64,000 nucleotides of DNA. Source: Acidobacteriota bacterium (GTDB taxonomy: Bacteria; Acidobacteriota; UBA890; WLXD01). Location: contig CAXWPH010000015.1 of assembly GCA_963666055.2 (NCBI GenBank), positions 1,760,001-1,824,000 of the forward strand, given 5' to 3'. The notes under the pieces were generated by a model, which saw only the letters and a list, made by a program, of their open reading frames with translations, was not told the DNA's origin and ran no database searches. Within the stretch, counting starts at the first letter, position 1, and each line of letters begins with the position of its first letter. Below are positions 8,935 through 18,182 of this stretch, piece after piece. The translations under genes were made by a program, and so were the position numbers.

Positions 8935-10431
8935 TCAGCCGCCCCGAGCGCGTTCGAACAACCGGTCCAGGGACGGGGATTCCACCACCGCCGAGCGCCT
9001 GGCGGTGAGGACATACAAGAGAGTCGAAAGGAAGACTGCAGGAAAGACCTGATGCACGGTGGACGCGATCGGCAGCCGCGGCCACAGCAGCAGGGTCGTC
9101 AACCCGCCGGCAAACGACGCCAGCACGGCCGCCCCGGTTCCGCGACGCCAGTACAACCCCAGCAGCACTGCAGGCGCGAAACAGGCGGCGAACACAGCGC
9201 CCGAGAGCGCCGTCAAAGCGACGATCCCGCCGGGGGGACGCAGCGCGATGATCGCCGTAACCAAGGCGAACGCCGCCACCCACAGCCGCGTCTTGCGAAG
9301 CTCTGCCCCCTCGGCGCCGGTGCGACCGAGCACACCGGCGATATCACGCTCGGCGGTCGACGCCATCACCAGCAGGACGCTATCAAGCGACGACATCGCC
9401 GCGGCGACCATCGCCAGCAGCAAGAAAGCGGTAATCCCGGGACTGAACACCTCGCCGCCGGTGAGCAGCAGCGGAACGATTTGATCGGTGTCGTCGATTC
9501 CGCTCGGGTAGATGCGCCGGGCGTAGAGACCAAGCGGCACCAGCAGCGAGTAGACCAGTGCGAACGCCAATGTCGATGTCCAGAATCCGGCGCGCACCGC
9601 ATCGACGCTCTTCAGGGCATAGAAGCGCGATAGCTGGCGAGGGTCGGTAACGAACTTCGCCGTACCGGCGATGAGCACGCCTAGCACGTATACGAACGGT
9701 ACCGCGCCGTTCCAGGAGAACAGATGCGCCGTCTCCGCCGCGGCGCGGACCTCGGCGAGCGCGCCCACTCCTCCGGCGGCGCGCACCACACCACCGAACA
9801 GCAAGACGGCGGCGACGATCATCACCAGCCCCTGCACGGCATCGGTCCTCACCACCGAGATGAAACCGCCGATCATCGTGTACGCCACCACGATCACGAA
9901 CACGACAACGATTGCGGCCTCGTAGGGGATCCCGAGGAACGCCTGTACCAGTGTTCCGATGCCTTTGAACACCGCGATCATGTAGAAGATGCTAGCGAAC
10001 AAGACGATCACCGCGGCCATGACCCGCGCCGACGTGCTAGCGAATCGAAACCCGATAAAGTCGGGGATCGTCAACGATTCAAGCTCCTCGGTGAAGAGGC
10101 GCAGCCGTGGTGCGACGCAACGCCAGGCCAGCGCCGACATGATCACGGTCAGCGGCGCCAGCAGCAGCCAGGCGATCCCCCACTCGTAGCTCTGACCGGC
10201 AAAGCCGACGAAGCTATTGGTACTCGAGTAGGTCGCGAAGAACGACAGCCCCAAGGTGACCCCGCCCATCGAGCGCCCGCCAACGTAGTAGTCGGCCAGG
10301 CCGCGCGTCTCACGACTTCCTCGCCAGGCGTGGTAGGCGAGCAACCCGGTATAGGCCGCCAGCAGCAGGTGCACCGGCCAGTAGGTCATCAAAGAATCGA
10401 GTATCGTGCTCAGTTCAAACACCCCCGGCAA
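8935..10431 (-). CDS. Sodium:solute symporter (PanF/PutP-like)
   Basis: DYYVGGRSMGG, SFFATYSS, TIPDFIGFRF, GGFISVVRTD and AAAMSSLDS, with multiple TM helices. Start may be ATG 10389. Confidence 0.9.
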   Translation of the reverse strand: MPGVFELSTILDSLMTYWPVHLLLAAYTGLLAYHAWRGSRETRGLADYYVGGRSMGGVTLGLSFFATYSSTNSFVGFAGQSYEWGIAWLLLAPLTVIMSALAWRCVAPRLRLFTEELESLTIPDFIGFRFASTSARVMAAVIVLFASIFYMIAVFKGIGTLVQAFLGIPYEAAIVVVFVIVVAYTMIGGFISVVRTDAVQGLVMIVAAVLLFGGVVRAAGGVGALAEVRAAAETAHLFSWNGAVPFVYVLGVLIAGTAKFVTDPRQLSRFYALKSVDAVRAGFWTSTLAFALVYSLLVPLGLYARRIYPSGIDDTDQIVPLLLTGGEVFSPGITAFLLLAMVAAAMSSLDSVLLVMASTAERDIAGVLGRTGAEGAELRKTRLWVAAFALVTAIIALRPPGGIVALTALSGAVFAACFAPAVLLGLYWRRGTGAAVLASFAGGLTTLLLWPRLPIASTVHQVFPAVFLSTLLYVLTARRSAVVESPSLDRLFERARGG

Positions 10432-11911
10432 AGTATCGGTGCAGCGCCAGCTTAGTCACCTTACCCATCGAGTTACGGGGGAGCTGGTCGAGATACCGTA
10501 TGCGGCGAGGCACCTTGTATGGCGCCAGCCGTTCCTTGCACCAGCTGCGGATGGCCTCCGGGCGCGGCTCATCGCCACCCACCACGACGATCGTTGCGCA
10601 CACACGCTCGCCCCACTCCTCGTCGGCCACGCCGACCACCGCCACGTCGGCGATCGCCGGGTGCTGGCGTAGGGTCTCCTCGATCTCCAGGGCCGAGACC
10701 TTGTACCCACCGGTCTTGATGATGTCGACACTGCGGCGCCCGAGGATGCGGAAGTAGCCGTCTTCCAGAACTCCCTCGTCGCCGGTCATGAACCAACCCT
10801 CGCGAAACGCCACCGCAGTCTCCTCGGGTCGCCGCCAATACTGGCGGAACACTTGCGGACCACACACCTCGATCTGGCCGGACGTACCCTCCGCTACCTC
10901 GATGCCGGCGCCATCCACGATACGGGCCTCGACGCCGGGCAGCGGCTGCCCTACCGTGCCGGCGCGGCGCTCTCCGTCCAGCGAATTGGACAGCGCCATG
11001 CCGATCTCGGTCATACCGTAGCGCTCGAGAAGACGGTGTCCGGTGATCTCCTGCCAGCGTTCCATTGTCGATACCGGTAGCGCCGCCGAGCCCGACGTCA
11101 TCAAGCGCAATCCCGCCGCCGCCCGCGACCATCGGTCTCGTGCCGCATCCGAGGCGTTCTCCCAGGCACGGATCAACCGACCATAGATCGTCGGGACGGC
11201 CATGAACACGGTGATATCGCCCGAGGCGAACCGCTCCCACACCACCTCCGGATCGAACGGCGAGGAAAATTCGCAACAAGCGCCCGACCAGAGCGCCGTG
11301 TCCATCGCGACGATCATCCCGTGCACGTGGTGCAATGGCAGCACGTGCAGAATGCGATCGTCGGCACGCCAGCCCCAGGCCTGCGCGAGCGCCGTGATCT
11401 GCGCTTGGACCATCGAGTGCGTCGTAACGACTCCCTTCGGCACACCCGTTGTACCGCTCGTGTAAACCATGAGCGCCGGACGATCGGGCGCCACCTCCGG
11501 GAGCGCCGGCACGGCGGCTGCAGCGCTCAGCGCCTGCACGGCCAGGAGCTCGATTCCGGCGCGGCCTGCAATGCCACGCAGGCGCTCTGCCTCCGCGTCG
11601 GATCCGATCAGAGCAGTGGGCTCACAGTCGGCAACGGCGCGCTCGAGCTCAGGCCCCGGGTGTGACAGCGCCAGGGGTACCGCCATTCCGCCGGCGCGCC
11701 AGATACCCCACCGCACGGCAACATGATCAACGCCCGGCGACACCAGAAAGGCCACGCGTCGATCGCGCAGGTCGTCTCGGTCGCCCAGCAGGGCTGCTGC
11801 GACCGCACCCGAGCGCGCCAGCAGCGCCAAGTATGTCGCCGTCCCGCCTGACCCGTCGATCGCCAGCCGATCGCCAAAGCTGCCGGCTTTGCGAGCAAGC
11901 TCGATTCCCAT
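10415..11911 (-). CDS. Acyl-CoA synthetase, malonyl-CoA synthetase (MatB/ACSF3)-like
   Basis: YTSGTTGVPKG AMP-binding motif, LPLHHVHG, SGSAALP, LLERYGMTE (MatB-type) and PRNSMGKV. Confidence 0.85.
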   Translation of the reverse strand: MGIELARKAGSFGDRLAIDGSGGTATYLALLARSGAVAAALLGDRDDLRDRRVAFLVSPGVDHVAVRWGIWRAGGMAVPLALSHPGPELERAVADCEPTALIGSDAEAERLRGIAGRAGIELLAVQALSAAAAVPALPEVAPDRPALMVYTSGTTGVPKGVVTTHSMVQAQITALAQAWGWRADDRILHVLPLHHVHGMIVAMDTALWSGACCEFSSPFDPEVVWERFASGDITVFMAVPTIYGRLIRAWENASDAARDRWSRAAAGLRLMTSGSAALPVSTMERWQEITGHRLLERYGMTEIGMALSNSLDGERRAGTVGQPLPGVEARIVDGAGIEVAEGTSGQIEVCGPQVFRQYWRRPEETAVAFREGWFMTGDEGVLEDGYFRILGRRSVDIIKTGGYKVSALEIEETLRQHPAIADVAVVGVADEEWGERVCATIVVVGGDEPRPEAIRSWCKERLAPYKVPRRIRYLDQLPRNSMGKVTKLALHRYFAGGV

Positions 11912-12115
11912 GCGCGTAGACTCTATACACGCTGCATGGCCAGGGTCCGAATTCTATGCGGGCCAGTATCGAACACCTGTGCGCCTGGATGGCCAGCAAT
12001 GGGGCCGACACCTTCGACGGTGGGCCACTCTTACGACCCCCGCTGTTGGTTTCCGCCGGTGCAGCGGATAGATTGCAGAGGTACTTGCAAGCTGTGCTGT
12101 GTAGGAGTGTGCCCG

Positions 12116-14437
12116 ATGAAGAGGTCCCGTCCGCCCGTTCTCACCATCGCGCTGTTGATGCTGGTATCGGCAGCCGTGCTGCCCTCATCGAACCGCGCCG
12201 CCGCCGCGATCCACTCCAACGCCATGGCGCATCCAGGGCTCGGCATCGCTCAGGAAGCGCTGCCGGCGCAGACGCCGCTGTTCCGCAGCGCGGTGACACG
12301 AGTGCGCGTCGATGCCATCGTCACCGACAACGACGGCAATTTTGTCGACAACCTCACTCAGGAAGACTTCCAGATCTTCGAGGACGGCGTCGAGCAGCGA
12401 ATTCTCAATATTCAGCTGGTCGACCTCGAGACCGGCGAAACGGTCGACGTGCCATCGGAATCTGCCGCGCACGAGAGCGCCAGCTCGAGCACCGGCGGCA
12501 ACGGTGCGTACGACGCTGGTGCGGAGCTCACAGCGATCGCCAGAACGCCCGGTACGCTCGGTGCGATCGTCTACCTCGTCGACCTGCCAAGCCTGGATCA
12601 AAAAAACAAGCCCAGGCTCGCCGCGACTTTCCACGACTTCATCGAGGGTTCCGAGACACTGCACGTGCCGCGTAGCGTGTTCATGATCGACCAGCATGGC
12701 GCAGTGCAGGAGCTCGCCCCCCTGACCACCGATCGTGACGTGCTACGCGAGGCGGCCGAGAAGTTGTCTGTGGCTGGGCTGACACGCAAGACCATATTCA
12801 CGCGCATCACGACGGACTACGAGCCCGTGATGCAGCTGGCGATCGAGGCAGTGAACTCCGCCACCACGGGCGCCGGTTTCGCCGTGGGGACACCGCTCCA
12901 ACAAAATGTAAGACTGCGCGAGATCGTCGGCAACCTGGAAGAACAGGCGCGGCGAGACGGGGATCTGGAGCGCCAGCGGGGTGAGGCGACACTCACCACC
13001 CTTCTCCGCTTCACCAACGCCCTGTCGGCGATGGAGGGGCGCACGGCGCTGGTGTGGATCTCCTCCGGGGCCATGCTCAGTGAAGGCGGCCCGTACCAAG
13101 CCTACGCGGCCGCCGTTCGCGATGCGGTTGCCGTAGAGGCCGGCCGATCGCGGCTCGGGCGGGCCGCGCCGAACCGTCGCATCCTGGACCTACTGGAGGA
13201 GCTGTACGAAACCGCCAACACCGGCAACGTGAGCATCTATACGGTGGATCCGCGACCGATCTCCGAGCTCAACAATCTCGGGACCGCGGCTAGCGTCAGC
13301 GACAATCTCGTTTCGCAAGCGCTGCGTCGGCACGTTCGCCCTGCATATCGCGACCTCACTGCGCCTCTGCACGAGATTGCCAGCAGGACCGGCGCCCGGG
13401 CGTTCATCGGCTGGAGCAACCTGTCGGACGCCTTCGAGCAGCAAGTCCGCGACGCGAGCCGCTTCTACCTGGTGTTCTACGAGCCGCCACCGCCGCACGC
13501 CGATGGCGAGTACCACCAGATCGAGGTGACCCTGCGGCGGCAGGGCTTGCAGGTCCGCGCCCGCTCAGGCTACCGCGATCTGGCAGAGCCCGAGCTGAAG
13601 ACGCGCCAGATCGCCGCCGCGCTGGCGCTGCCCGGCTCGGTCATGGGTCGTCCGGTTCCGACTGCGGCGTATCAGCGATTCGCCGACGACGGCACGCCAA
13701 CCATCCTGCTAGTCGCTGGTCTGCCGCTGCCTGCGGAATCAGTCGACGGCAGCTGGGCTCCGGCGTTCGAGAGCATCGATATCTCGAGCCCCGACGTCAC
13801 CGCTGCCGACGGCTGGGTCGAGACCCTCGGTATCCGATACTTCCGGGTGCACGCCATCGCGCTGAACCGCGCCGGCAAAGTCGGCGCCGAGAGCCATGTA
13901 GTGGTCGAGCCGAGGCCGGACCTGTTTCGATACGCGCCCGACAACGCCTTCCGGCACTTCCGGTATACGGCCGAGTGGAGCGTCGATCCGGGTGAGTACG
14001 ATCTGCGCGTCGTGATCGCCGAGGACGGCGGCGACCGTGTGGGCACGGCGCGCCTCGAAGTTGAGGTGCCGTCTCCGGCAGACGGTTGGAACATGGGAGA
14101 CCCGATGCTCGTGGCGGTGGATCAGCGCACCGGGCTGATGCCGTTGCTCGGGCAAGGCGTGCCGGCGGGCATGCCGATCGCAGCCAGTGTCGAGGTTATA
14201 CATGGCATCGATCCGTTCGTGTCGGCAACGATTTTCCGTCGCGATGCGCGACGACCGGTTGCCGACATACCGGGGCAGTCGCTACCGCCCACCGGCCTGA
14301 CGGTGCACCGAGGAGCGCTCAAGCTGCCCACCAACCTCGAGCCAGGGAACTACCTGGTCGAGGTTCGGGTCATCGATGTCGACGCCAATGGGCAGGCGAT
14401 TCGACTGCTGCCCCTGGAAGTAGTCGCCCGCAACTAG
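12116..14437 (+). CDS. Exported VWA-domain protein (VWFA-related acidobacterial type)
   Basis: AGGAG RBS before ATG 12116. Signal peptide, FRSAVTRVRVDAIVTD..FVDNLTQEDFQIFEDGVEQ, SIYTVDP, DGEYHQIEV and VRARSGY. Confidence 0.85.
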   Translation: MKRSRPPVLTIALLMLVSAAVLPSSNRAAAAIHSNAMAHPGLGIAQEALPAQTPLFRSAVTRVRVDAIVTDNDGNFVDNLTQEDFQIFEDGVEQRILNIQLVDLETGETVDVPSESAAHESASSSTGGNGAYDAGAELTAIARTPGTLGAIVYLVDLPSLDQKNKPRLAATFHDFIEGSETLHVPRSVFMIDQHGAVQELAPLTTDRDVLREAAEKLSVAGLTRKTIFTRITTDYEPVMQLAIEAVNSATTGAGFAVGTPLQQNVRLREIVGNLEEQARRDGDLERQRGEATLTTLLRFTNALSAMEGRTALVWISSGAMLSEGGPYQAYAAAVRDAVAVEAGRSRLGRAAPNRRILDLLEELYETANTGNVSIYTVDPRPISELNNLGTAASVSDNLVSQALRRHVRPAYRDLTAPLHEIASRTGARAFIGWSNLSDAFEQQVRDASRFYLVFYEPPPPHADGEYHQIEVTLRRQGLQVRARSGYRDLAEPELKTRQIAAALALPGSVMGRPVPTAAYQRFADDGTPTILLVAGLPLPAESVDGSWAPAFESIDISSPDVTAADGWVETLGIRYFRVHAIALNRAGKVGAESHVVVEPRPDLFRYAPDNAFRHFRYTAEWSVDPGEYDLRVVIAEDGGDRVGTARLEVEVPSPADGWNMGDPMLVAVDQRTGLMPLLGQGVPAGMPIAASVEVIHGIDPFVSATIFRRDARRPVADIPGQSLPPTGLTVHRGALKLPTNLEPGNYLVEVRVIDVDANGQAIRLLPLEVVARN

Positions 14438-14448
14438 TCGCCCGCAAC
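14421..14448 (+). repeat. 14-bp tandem duplication at the MITE junction
   Basis: TAGTCGCCCGCAAC at 14421-14434 and again at 14435-14448. Confidence 0.9.
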
Positions 14449-14725
14449 TAGTGGCCTGTAACAGATGATCGTTGCATATCGCAGATGGGATTTGCGGGTG
14501 AGATCAAGGCGCGGCGAGGAAGGCGATGCAGTGGGCATCGTCGATGAGGCGCAACGCCGAGATCGCCCGCAACTGCCCATCTGTCCGCAGGATGGCGGCG
14601 AAATCGGCCCGTCTGCGGCGTTGCTCCTCCTCGAGGATGGGCAAACATCGTCTCGTCGTCGCGCCTGGCATCCGGACCCATTTCGCCACCACGATATGCA
14701 ACGATCATCTGTTACAGGCCACTAG
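14448..14725. mobile_element. MITE family A, complete (278 bp including both CTAG)
   Basis: Perfect 34-bp TIR CTAGTGGCCTGTAACAGATGATCGTTGCATATCG. Two internal hairpin arms at 14482-14583 and 14593-14691. No credible ORF. Confidence 0.9.
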
Positions 14726-14746
14726 TGTCCTGAGTCAGGACACTAG
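14722..14746. repeat. Perfect 25-bp CTAG-bounded palindrome (collapsed element of a third family?)
   Basis: CTAGTGTCCTGA-G-TCAGGACACTAG, sharing its left CTAG with MITE-A. Confidence 0.8.
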
Positions 14747-14771
14747 AGCGCCGTGGTGGAAGTGTGGCGGG
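14743..14771. repeat. Degenerate MITE-B terminus
   Basis: CTAGAGCGCCGTGGTGGAAGTGTGGCGGG resembles the MITE-B TIR. Confidence 0.65.
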
Positions 14772-14781
14772 CCGTCAGATT

Positions 14782-16014
14782 CTACGAGGCTCCTTGACCC
14801 GGCTCCGTGGCGTTGACCAACGCTCCCATGTTGCCGTAGGGGTGGCGGTTCTCGTGCATCAGCTGATGCGCCTCGCCGATCTCATCGAACGCGAAGGTCT
14901 GTGACAGGCAAGGATCCACTTTCTTGTCGATGATCAGCTGGTTGACCGCCGCTGCCTGCTCGTCGTTGGACAGGTGGCTGCCCTGGAAGCGCTTCTGACG
15001 CATCCAGTGATACCGCAAATCGAGCGTCGCGTTGTAACCGGTGGTGCCGGCGCAGATCACCACCATGCCGCCAGTCGAGGCCACGAAGATCGACGTCGGG
15101 ATGGTCGCTTCTCCCGGGTGGTCGAAGACGATCGTCGGGCTTACGCGCCCGCCGGCAGCCTCCCAGATCGCCTTGCCGAAAGCTCGTGCCCCCTTCGCCC
15201 AGGCGCCGTACTCCGGGCTGTTGGTGTCGGGCATCACCCCCCAGTGGTCGAAGTCGCTGCGATTGATGACACCGATGGCACCGAGCTGCTTGCAGAAGTC
15301 GACCTTGTCCTCGCTCGAGACAACCGCGATCGGCCGGCCGCCGACGGCGGCGGCGATCTGGATCCCCATCGAGCCTAGCCCCCCCGCGCCTCCCCAGATC
15401 AACACCACGTTGTCGGGCTCGACGACGTTCGGCGCCCATCCCATCAACATGCGATAGGCAGTCGAGGCGCAGAGCATATAGCAGCCGGCCTGCTCCCAGG
15501 TGAGGTGCTCGGGCTTGGGTTGGCACTGGTGCGCTTGTGCTTTGGCGAACTGGCAAAAACTGCCGTAGTTGGTCTGGTAGCCCCAGATCTTGGTGCTCTC
15601 GGCGAGCATCGGGTCGCGCCCCGACAGCACCCACGGATCCTCCGGATGCCACCAACCGCTATGAACCACGACCTCGTCACCTGGCTTCACGTTGGTGACA
15701 TCGTCGCCGACCTTCCAGACAATCCCCGAGCAGTCGCTGCCTCCGGCGTGGAAATCCTCGGGCTCGCCGCCCTTCTGGCGCACCGCGATGACGTCGAGCG
15801 GCTTGCCGAGCGCCGCCCATACGTTGTTGTAGTTGATTCCCGTCGCCATGTTGTAGATCAGCACCTCGTCGGAACCGATCACAGGCGTCGGGATGATCTC
15901 GTGCTTGAACGCGTCGCGAGGCTCACCAAAGCGGTCCTGCCGGATGATGCAAGCGTGCATCTCGTCCGGAACCTCACCGAGTGGCGGGCGTTCTCCAAGC
16001 TCACAAATCTTCAT
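14782..16014 (-). CDS. ccr: Crotonyl-CoA carboxylase/reductase family (ECR) enzyme
   Basis: [72 protein letters not shown] and [19 protein letters not shown]. Confidence 0.88.
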   Translation of the reverse strand: MKICELGERPPLGEVPDEMHACIIRQDRFGEPRDAFKHEIIPTPVIGSDEVLIYNMATGINYNNVWAALGKPLDVIAVRQKGGEPEDFHAGGSDCSGIVWKVGDDVTNVKPGDEVVVHSGWWHPEDPWVLSGRDPMLAESTKIWGYQTNYGSFCQFAKAQAHQCQPKPEHLTWEQAGCYMLCASTAYRMLMGWAPNVVEPDNVVLIWGGAGGLGSMGIQIAAAVGGRPIAVVSSEDKVDFCKQLGAIGVINRSDFDHWGVMPDTNSPEYGAWAKGARAFGKAIWEAAGGRVSPTIVFDHPGEATIPTSIFVASTGGMVVICAGTTGYNATLDLRYHWMRQKRFQGSHLSNDEQAAAVNQLIIDKKVDPCLSQTFAFDEIGEAHQLMHENRHPYGNMGALVNATEPGQGAS

Positions 16015-16158
16015 GGGGTCTCCTGACCGAGGCAGTTCGCAAGTCTCTTACTCAAGCGGCGTGGCACGAACGCCAGGACGCCAGTGGATCCCCTCATATC
16101 GCCGTTCCGCCCGTCGATGTCAAGTCGGCAGGGCGGCAAGACCAGCGGCTGACACCTG

Positions 16159-16436
16159 CTAGCAGGCCGTGGTGAAAGTGTGGTGGGTCTGGTTACGGCG
16201 AGTTAGGGCCAGGTGCAAGGCGGCCTGACACAGGCGATGCCCCGGCCATCGTCGAGGAAGGCCAACGCCGCAAATGGCCCCAAATCGCCATAACCCTTCG
16301 GGCGACAGGGGGTTGCGCGCGTATGCTGCGTCGTTCCTCGTCAACGATGGGGTAACCATCGCCTCCTCCTCTCTCCTTGCCTCACTTCGCAAGACCCTGT
16401 CGCCAGACCCGCCACACTTTCACCACGGCCTGCTAG
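16159..16436. mobile_element. MITE family B, complete (278 bp)
   Basis: 34-bp TIR CTAGCAGGCCGTGGTGAAAGTGTGG(T/C)GGGTCTGG with 1 mismatch. Near-identical to 17887-18143 and, inverted, to 41242-41521. Confidence 0.92.
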
Positions 16437-16448
16437 TGTGCGCCCTAC

Positions 16449-17240
16449 ATGCATGCAACAAAGCCCGGGGGAGCCCTCGAAGCCACGCTCCGTAACGACC
16501 GCCTGTTCGTGCTGGGCGGGTTGATCGCCGCCTCACTGCTCGCCTGGGTGTACACGGTCAAGCTGGCTCGGGAGCTCCCGCACCTGCCCGCAGCGCACAT
16601 CGGCGCAGCGCGAACCCTCCCCTGGAATCCGGGTGACTTGGGGCTGCTGTTCCTGATGTGGACGGTCATGATGACCGCCATGATGGTACCAACCGCCGCG
16701 CCGATGGTGCTGGCGTTCGCCAAGATCAAGCGCAAGCAGGGCCCAGATCTTGCACCGATGTGGCCGGTGGTCGCCTTCGTGCTCGGCTACGTTGTCGTGT
16801 GGACGGTGTTCAGCGGCTTGGCAACTATTGTGGAGTGGAGGCTGCATGTTGCCACCCTGGTAGACGTCGACGGCGCCGCCGCCAGCCCACTCTTCGGCGG
16901 GGTGCTCCTGTTCACGGCCGGAGTGTTCCAATGGACGCCGTTGAAGCAAGCCTGCCTCAGACACTGCCGTTCGCCGCTGGCATTCTTCATGACCAGCTGG
17001 CGCGACGGCTGGCGCGGTGCCCTGGCCATGGGGCTCGAACACGGCATCTACTGTGTCGGTTGTTGCTGGGCGCTCATGGCCCTGATGTTCGTCGCCGGGG
17101 TCATGAACCTGCTATGGCTGGCGGTAATCGCCGCCTTCGTGCTGCTGGAAAAAGTGGTCCCGTCCGTGCGACTGGTGAGCAATACCGCCGGCGTCTTGCT
17201 GACCGTCTGGGGGTTGTACTTGATCCGCCTGGGCTTCTGA
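16449..17240 (+). CDS. DUF2182 predicted metal-binding membrane protein
   Basis: MWTVMMTAMMVP, QWTPLKQACLRHCRSP, HGIYCVGCCWALM and GVMNLLW..LLEK. Confidence 0.88.
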   Translation: MHATKPGGALEATLRNDRLFVLGGLIAASLLAWVYTVKLARELPHLPAAHIGAARTLPWNPGDLGLLFLMWTVMMTAMMVPTAAPMVLAFAKIKRKQGPDLAPMWPVVAFVLGYVVVWTVFSGLATIVEWRLHVATLVDVDGAAASPLFGGVLLFTAGVFQWTPLKQACLRHCRSPLAFFMTSWRDGWRGALAMGLEHGIYCVGCCWALMALMFVAGVMNLLWLAVIAAFVLLEKVVPSVRLVSNTAGVLLTVWGLYLIRLGF

Positions 17241-17278
17241 CAGGTGCTAAGGTCCTGACTCGAGAAACGGGAGGAGCT

Positions 17279-17890
17279 ATGGCGGCAGGTTGGAGGATCC
17301 GTGGCGAGATTGTGCTGAGCTGCAACTGCGATGTGTTCTGTCCGTGTGTGGTGTCGCTCGGAACCGCGCAGCCCAGCCATGGTGTCTGCCACACCTGGTA
17401 CGCCATCAACATTCACCAGGGCAATGCCGGCCGGTTGAAGCTTGACGGCCTCAAGGTCGCTGTCCTGATGGATGTACCTGGCGCGCTCGCCGACGGAGGT
17501 TGGACGGTAGGGCTCTACGTCGACGAGAAAGCCAGCGCGGCAAAAGTGACGGCGCTCGAGAGGATCCTGTCGGGCAAGGCAGGTGGGCCCATCAGCTGGT
17601 TCTCGATCATGATCGCCGATTTTCTCGGCACCAAGCAGGTACCGATCAGCTTCGAAAAAGAGGGGCGCGGCTGGCGTGTCGGCATCCCTAAGATCATCGA
17701 CGGCCACGTGGAGCCCATAAAGGGGCGCGGCGGTAAGGGAGTCACCAAGGTGACCAACAGCGGCTATTGGATGGCGCCCGATATCGTCGTGTGCAGCGCA
17801 AAGGTGAGCCGGTACCGTGACTGGGGACGGAACTGGAACCTCGAGGGCCAGAGCGGCGAGTACGCCAAGATCGACTGGCAGGGGCCCTAG
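17279..17890 (+). CDS. DUF1326 domain protein
   Basis: GGAGGAG RBS before ATG 17279. WRIRGE..SCNCDVFCPC..HGVC and ILSGKAGG. Its TAG stop lies in the CTAG of MITE-B. Confidence 0.88.
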   Translation: MAAGWRIRGEIVLSCNCDVFCPCVVSLGTAQPSHGVCHTWYAINIHQGNAGRLKLDGLKVAVLMDVPGALADGGWTVGLYVDEKASAAKVTALERILSGKAGGPISWFSIMIADFLGTKQVPISFEKEGRGWRVGIPKIIDGHVEPIKGRGGKGVTKVTNSGYWMAPDIVVCSAKVSRYRDWGRNWNLEGQSGEYAKIDWQGP

Positions 17891-18143
17891 CAGGCCGTGG
17901 TGAAAGTGTGGCGGGCCTGGTTACGGCGAGTTGGGGCCAGATGCAAGGCGGCCTGACGCAGGCGATGCCCTAGCCATCGTCCAGGAGGGCCAACGCCGCA
18001 GATGGCCCCAAATCGCCGTAACCCTCCGGGCGATAGGGGGTTGCGCGCATGTGCTGTGTCGTTCCTCGTCAACGATGGGGTAACCATCGCCTCCTCCTTT
18101 CTCCTTGCCTCCACCTCGCAAGACCCTGTCGCCAGGCCCGCCA
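17887..18143. mobile_element. MITE family B, right TIR truncated
   Basis: Co-linear with 16159-16436 in the same orientation. Similarity stops ~10 bp into the right TIR. Confidence 0.88.
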
Positions 18144-18182
18144 AGCTACGGATCACGACCCGCGCATTCGTCTCAGTCGCCG

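Noticed and set aside
14421-14775. Possible CRISPR-like repeat-spacer pattern of CTAG-bounded palindromes
   Set aside because: No regularly spaced direct repeats and no cas genes. Explained by stacked MITE ends.
16159-16392. Short ORFs in MITEs (also 17887-18276, 41191-41521, 14448-14725) with recurring peptides such as MVTPSLTRND
   Set aside because: They recur only because the repeat recurs. Frames differ between copies and there are no transposase motifs.
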